From Woeseiaceae bacterium (GTDB taxonomy: Bacteria > Pseudomonadota > Gammaproteobacteria > Steroidobacterales > Woeseiaceae), in assembly GCA_041555515.1 (NCBI GenBank), contig JBFFKF010000003.1, forward strand, positions 1,404 to 65,403: a stretch of DNA of 64,000 nucleotides, given 5' to 3'. A program made the position numbers and the translations under genes. The notes under the pieces are model-generated. The model had not been told where the DNA came from. It made no database searches and saw only the letters and a program-made list of their open reading frames with translations. Numbering within the stretch: the first letter of the stretch is position 1; each line of letters begins with the position of its first letter. Positions 60,603 to 64,000 of the stretch are shown in pieces.

Positions 60603-61742
60603 TCAAGGCAATCCGAAAATCCGTGGCGCCGGCGCAAGGCTGCCATCGGGATTGAACACCAGTCCGGGCGTGGTGAAATCGAGCAAACTCAGGCTTCGCA
60701 TCAGGTTGAGCGCCCGGTCTCGCCGGTCGATCGACGGCCCGTCGGGTCGCAGCTGTATCGTCGAGTGGATCCTTCCCGCGACGAAATTCCCCTCGCCGTC
60801 CAGCGTTGCCACAAGAATCGGCGCGATCCCCTTGATGCCGGCCACGCTGATGCCGTAATAGGTCGCGAAATTTCCGAGGCTGTATGCAATGAGGCGATTA
60901 CGGTATCGCTCGACGGCCCTGACGACGTGCGGTCCGTGACCGATGACGAGGTCCGCACCGGCATCCACCATCAGTCTGGAAAATCTGACGACGTCGCCGC
61001 GCGGTTCGCCGAAGTATTCCTCTTCTGCGAACGGCAGCCTGGTGACGTCTTGCCCTTCCGCGCCGCCATGAAAGGAAACGATGACGATGTCGTGACGAGT
61101 GGCATGATCGGCAACCGTTTCGGCAGCAATGTCGTAGTCGAGCATCATGTTGGAATTCTTCGTCACCGCGAATGCGAGCACGGCCACGTCGAGTTCGTTG
61201 ACGTTGAGCGAGGCGAAGTCGCCTTCGAGCCCGGAATGAGCAATGCCGGCTGCCGCGAGCGTCTGCATGCTCGCGAGGCGTCCTTCTTCTCCGAAATCTC
61301 TTGCGTGGTTGTTTGCGAGGCTCAGCACATCGAAGCCTGCGTTGACGAAATGCTGCACGTAACGGGACGGCGAACGAAACAGGTAACAGGCATCCGGGTT
61401 ACTGCATTTCTTTCCTGGTTCGCCACCGTCGAGCAGTACGCCTTCGAGATTGCCGAAGGCGATGTCGGCGTCGGCAAGAACCGGCGTGACGTGCCTCAGG
61501 AATCCGACGCCATCGTCGTCGGGCAGATGATTCTCCGGATAGTCCGTTCCCAGCATCATGTCGCCGACGGCCGCTATGCGCAGTCGCATGGCAGCCAGGT
61601 CTCGCGCAGGCTTTGCGAGTGCCTCGGGTGCCGGCGTTTCTGCAGAAGGTGGTTGCGGCTCCGGGGTTGGCGCCTGCGGCACAGTTTGCATGGCGCAACC
61701 GCCGGCGCACAGCACGATACAGACGAGGGCTTTCCTAGTCAC
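60603..61742 (-). CDS. CapA family metallophosphatase-like lipoprotein
   Basis: 379 aa with lipobox CAGGC. CapA/PGA_cap-like pattern (AAVGDMMLG, LSLANNHARDFG, FHGGAE, GHGPHV). Confidence 0.75.
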   Translation of the reverse strand: MTRKALVCIVLCAGGCAMQTVPQAPTPEPQPPSAETPAPEALAKPARDLAAMRLRIAAVGDMMLGTDYPENHLPDDDGVGFLRHVTPVLADADIAFGNLEGVLLDGGEPGKKCSNPDACYLFRSPSRYVQHFVNAGFDVLSLANNHARDFGEEGRLASMQTLAAAGIAHSGLEGDFASLNVNELDVAVLAFAVTKNSNMMLDYDIAAETVADHATRHDIVIVSFHGGAEGQDVTRLPFAEEEYFGEPRGDVVRFSRLMVDAGADLVIGHGPHVVRAVERYRNRLIAYSLGNFATYYGISVAGIKGIAPILVATLDGEGNFVAGRIHSTIQLRPDGPSIDRRDRALNLMRSLSLLDFTTPGLVFNPDGSLAPAPRIFGLP

Positions 61743-62307
61743 CGAGGCGAATGCGCAGCACGTCGATGTCTGCTTCGCGCAGGCGGGCCCGCATCAAGTT
61801 CAGTTCGTCGAGGTCGCGCGTCGGACCGATGCGCACGCGATGATAGGTCGTGTCGTCGATGGTCACGCGCTGGATGCGTGATTCGATACCCTGCAGCGCC
61901 AGTTGCGCCCTGCGGCGATCCGCGTCGCCATACTCCGTAAACGAGCCGGCCTGCAGCACGTATGTACCGGGTTGCTCGATGAGCTTCGGACCCATGTCCT
62001 GGCGGACGTCGGGCTCCTGCTCGGGAATAATGACCTCGAAGTTGGGCAGCATGTCGTAGAAGTCGAAGCGTCGGTCGGGCTCTTCCGCCGGGGCTTCTGC
62101 GCCGGCTTCGCTGCTTTCGTCGATTGCGCCTGCCATGCTCGCGGGCGCTGCCGCAACCGGCTGCGCCTGTCCGCTCACCTCGCGGTCTTTCATGTAAATC
62201 GCAAAAGCCACGGACAAGCCAATGCACAGGCCGAACAACATCCATACCCAGCCGGGGTACTCCTGCTGTTTTCGTCTCCTGCTGCGTTTTCGCTTGCGTT
62301 TTGCCAT
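61735..62307 (-). CDS. SPOR domain-containing membrane protein
   Basis: 190 aa with a basic N-terminus plus TM segment and a C-terminal SPOR domain (YVLQAGSF...YHRVRIGP). Directly downstream of argS. Confidence 0.8.
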   Translation of the reverse strand: MAKRKRKRSRRRKQQEYPGWVWMLFGLCIGLSVAFAIYMKDREVSGQAQPVAAAPASMAGAIDESSEAGAEAPAEEPDRRFDFYDMLPNFEVIIPEQEPDVRQDMGPKLIEQPGTYVLQAGSFTEYGDADRRRAQLALQGIESRIQRVTIDDTTYHRVRIGPTRDLDELNLMRARLREADIDVLRIRLGD

Positions 62308-62313
62308 GCGAAG

Positions 62314-64000
62314 CTACATCGAGTCCGGCGCCGACACGCCGATAATCTTCAGGCCGCTTGCTATGACGATGCGGGTTGCCGTTATCAACGCGAGCCTGGC
62401 ATTCCGCAGCGCATCGTTGTCGACGATGAATGTATGCGCGTTGTAGTAAGTGTGAAACTCGTTGGCGAGCTCTCGCAGGTAATGCACCAGGTGTTGTGGC
62501 GCGCGGTTGTTGGCGGCGAGTTCTATCACCTCGGGGAAACGGCTCAGGCTCGTCATCAGTGATTTTTCATGCATCTCCTCCAGCAGATCGAGATTCTCCA
62601 GGCCGGCAGACTCGTCGTATTGCAACGATTTTTCATTGAGTTGCCGGAATACGCTGGCGACCCGCGCATGTGCGTACTGGATGTAATAAACAGGATTGTC
62701 CGCCGAATGGCTCTTCGCGAGCTCGAGATCGAAATCGAGGTGCTGGTCGTTCGAGCGGGTCACATAAAAGAATCTCGCGGCATCGTTACCGACTTCCTCG
62801 CGCAACTGGCGCAAGGTCACGAACTCGCCGGATCGCGTCGACATCGACTGCTTCTCGCCCGCACGATACAGGCTGACGAACTGCATAAGGCGGACTTCCA
62901 GGCAATCGCCGTCATATCCCATCGCCTCGAGGCCGGCCCGCACCCTTGCCTGGTAGCCGTGATGATCCGATCCGAGCACGTCCAGAAGATAGTCGTAGCC
63001 ACGTTTCCGCTTGTCGTTGTGATACGCGATGTCGGATGCAAAGTAGGTCGTCTTGCCGTTCTCGCGGACAACGACGCGATCTTTCTCGTCGCCGAATTCG
63101 CTCGCCTTGAACCAGGTTGCGCCGTCTTTCTCATACAGCATGCCGCGCTCCTCGAGAATGAGTAGCGCATCGCGAATGAGATGATCGTCGGTCAGGCTTT
63201 GCTCGAAAAACCAGCGGTCGAAAGTCACGCCGAAATCGGCCAGATCGGCTTCGATGTCAGAGAGAATCGAATCCAGCGCCTGCTTTCGAATCCTTTGGAA
63301 ATGATGAATACCAAGCAGTTCATGTCCCTTGGCAATCAATGCCTCGATGTACGCTTCCTTGTCACCGTCCGGCGTGTCGGCCGGAAGACCGTCAGCCAGG
63401 CTGGCGGCACTTACCTCGGGTATGCCGCTCGTATCCAGCCCGGCCGCGATCTGCCGTATGTAATCGCCCTTATAAGCAGCTTCCGGAAACCCGATTGTCA
63501 CGCCTTGCTGCTCCAGGAGACGGAGCCACACGCTGACGCCGAGTATGTCCATTTGCCGGCCCGCATCATTGACGTAATACTCGCGGTCGACGTCGAAGCC
63601 CGCAGCCTCGAGCAGGTTTCCGAGCGTCGCACCGTACGATGCGTGACGTCCGTGTCCGACGTGTAACGGGCCGGTCGGATTCGCGGAAACAAACTCGAGG
63701 AGTATTTTGGGGCTCGGCCTCGTCTCCTGGTGTCCGTAACATTTGCCTTCCTGGTGGATCCTCGCCAGCTCGCGATGCAGGCCAATTTTGCTTACGTGAA
63801 AATTGATGAAACCCGGCCCGGCCAGCTCGACTTTGTCGACGAGTTCGCTATCGGGAATCTTTTCGATAATCTGAGTTGCGATATCCCGCGGGTTCTTGCC
63901 CTCTGATTTCGCAAGACGCATCGCGATGTTGGTCGTGAAATCCCCGTGTCGTGCATCGCGCGTACGCTCCACCGTTGCCGTGACCGATGAAACCTCCGGC
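62314..64000 (-). CDS. argS: arginine--tRNA ligase, N-terminus beyond window edge
   Basis: HIGH-type motif SANPTGPLHVGH and a C-terminal anticodon-binding domain. The frame stays open upstream of the GTG at 63972 to base 64000 (...PEVSSVTATVERTRD). Confidence 0.93.
   Translation of the reverse strand, partial: PEVSSVTATVERTRDARHGDFTTNIAMRLAKSEGKNPRDIATQIIEKIPDSELVDKVELAGPGFINFHVSKIGLHRELARIHQEGKCYGHQETRPSPKILLEFVSANPTGPLHVGHGRHASYGATLGNLLEAAGFDVDREYYVNDAGRQMDILGVSVWLRLLEQQGVTIGFPEAAYKGDYIRQIAAGLDTSGIPEVSAASLADGLPADTPDGDKEAYIEALIAKGHELLGIHHFQRIRKQALDSILSDIEADLADFGVTFDRWFFEQSLTDDHLIRDALLILEERGMLYEKDGATWFKASEFGDEKDRVVVRENGKTTYFASDIAYHNDKRKRGYDYLLDVLGSDHHGYQARVRAGLEAMGYDGDCLEVRLMQFVSLYRAGEKQSMSTRSGEFVTLRQLREEVGNDAARFFYVTRSNDQHLDFDLELAKSHSADNPVYYIQYAHARVASVFRQLNEKSLQYDESAGLENLDLLEEMHEKSLMTSLSRFPEVIELAANNRAPQHLVHYLRELANEFHTYYNAHTFIVDNDALRNARLALITATRIVIASGLKIIGVSAPDSM

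Overview
This is a GC-rich proteobacterial, probably gammaproteobacterial, chromosomal segment that is densely coding on both strands. I saw no rRNA, tRNA, CRISPR array or recognisable IS/transposase/integrase. Conserved housekeeping blocks are the 3' end of the atp operon (atpG', atpD, atpC), glmS, xthA-prlC, gor, aroE-hemB, the block LysM-dprA-smg-topA-tsaC-hemF divergent from def-fmt-rsmB-DUF4390-ntrY-ntrX, and SPOR-argS'. Accessory insertions interrupt them. (1) About 7.3 kb carrying six consecutive exported hydrolase or unknown-function genes sits exactly between atpC and glmU. What remains of glmU encodes only the C-terminal acetyltransferase half. (2) About 10-11 kb lies between hemF and hemB/aroE. 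It contains an ECF sigma factor, a DUF3379-type anti-sigma factor, and a secreted low-complexity protein with ten EG[S/K]CG cysteine motifs encoded largely by six 30-bp tandem repeats. This protein looks like an HvfA-type (EGKCG) RiPP metallophore precursor, but the usual DUF692/MNIO and DUF2063 maturase genes are not adjacent. It is the most interesting locus in the window. The same insertion also holds an AT-richer patch (pore-loop channel with a non-canonical filter, tag) and an S8 protease-membrane protein-DapA-like operon. (3) A 54.6-58.1 kb stretch (TerB, lipoprotein quinohemoprotein PQQ dehydrogenase, NTF2-like protein) has a short GCGGACAT-containing palindromic repeat in every intergenic gap. 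All calls come from reading the translations and sequence by eye. No searches were run.
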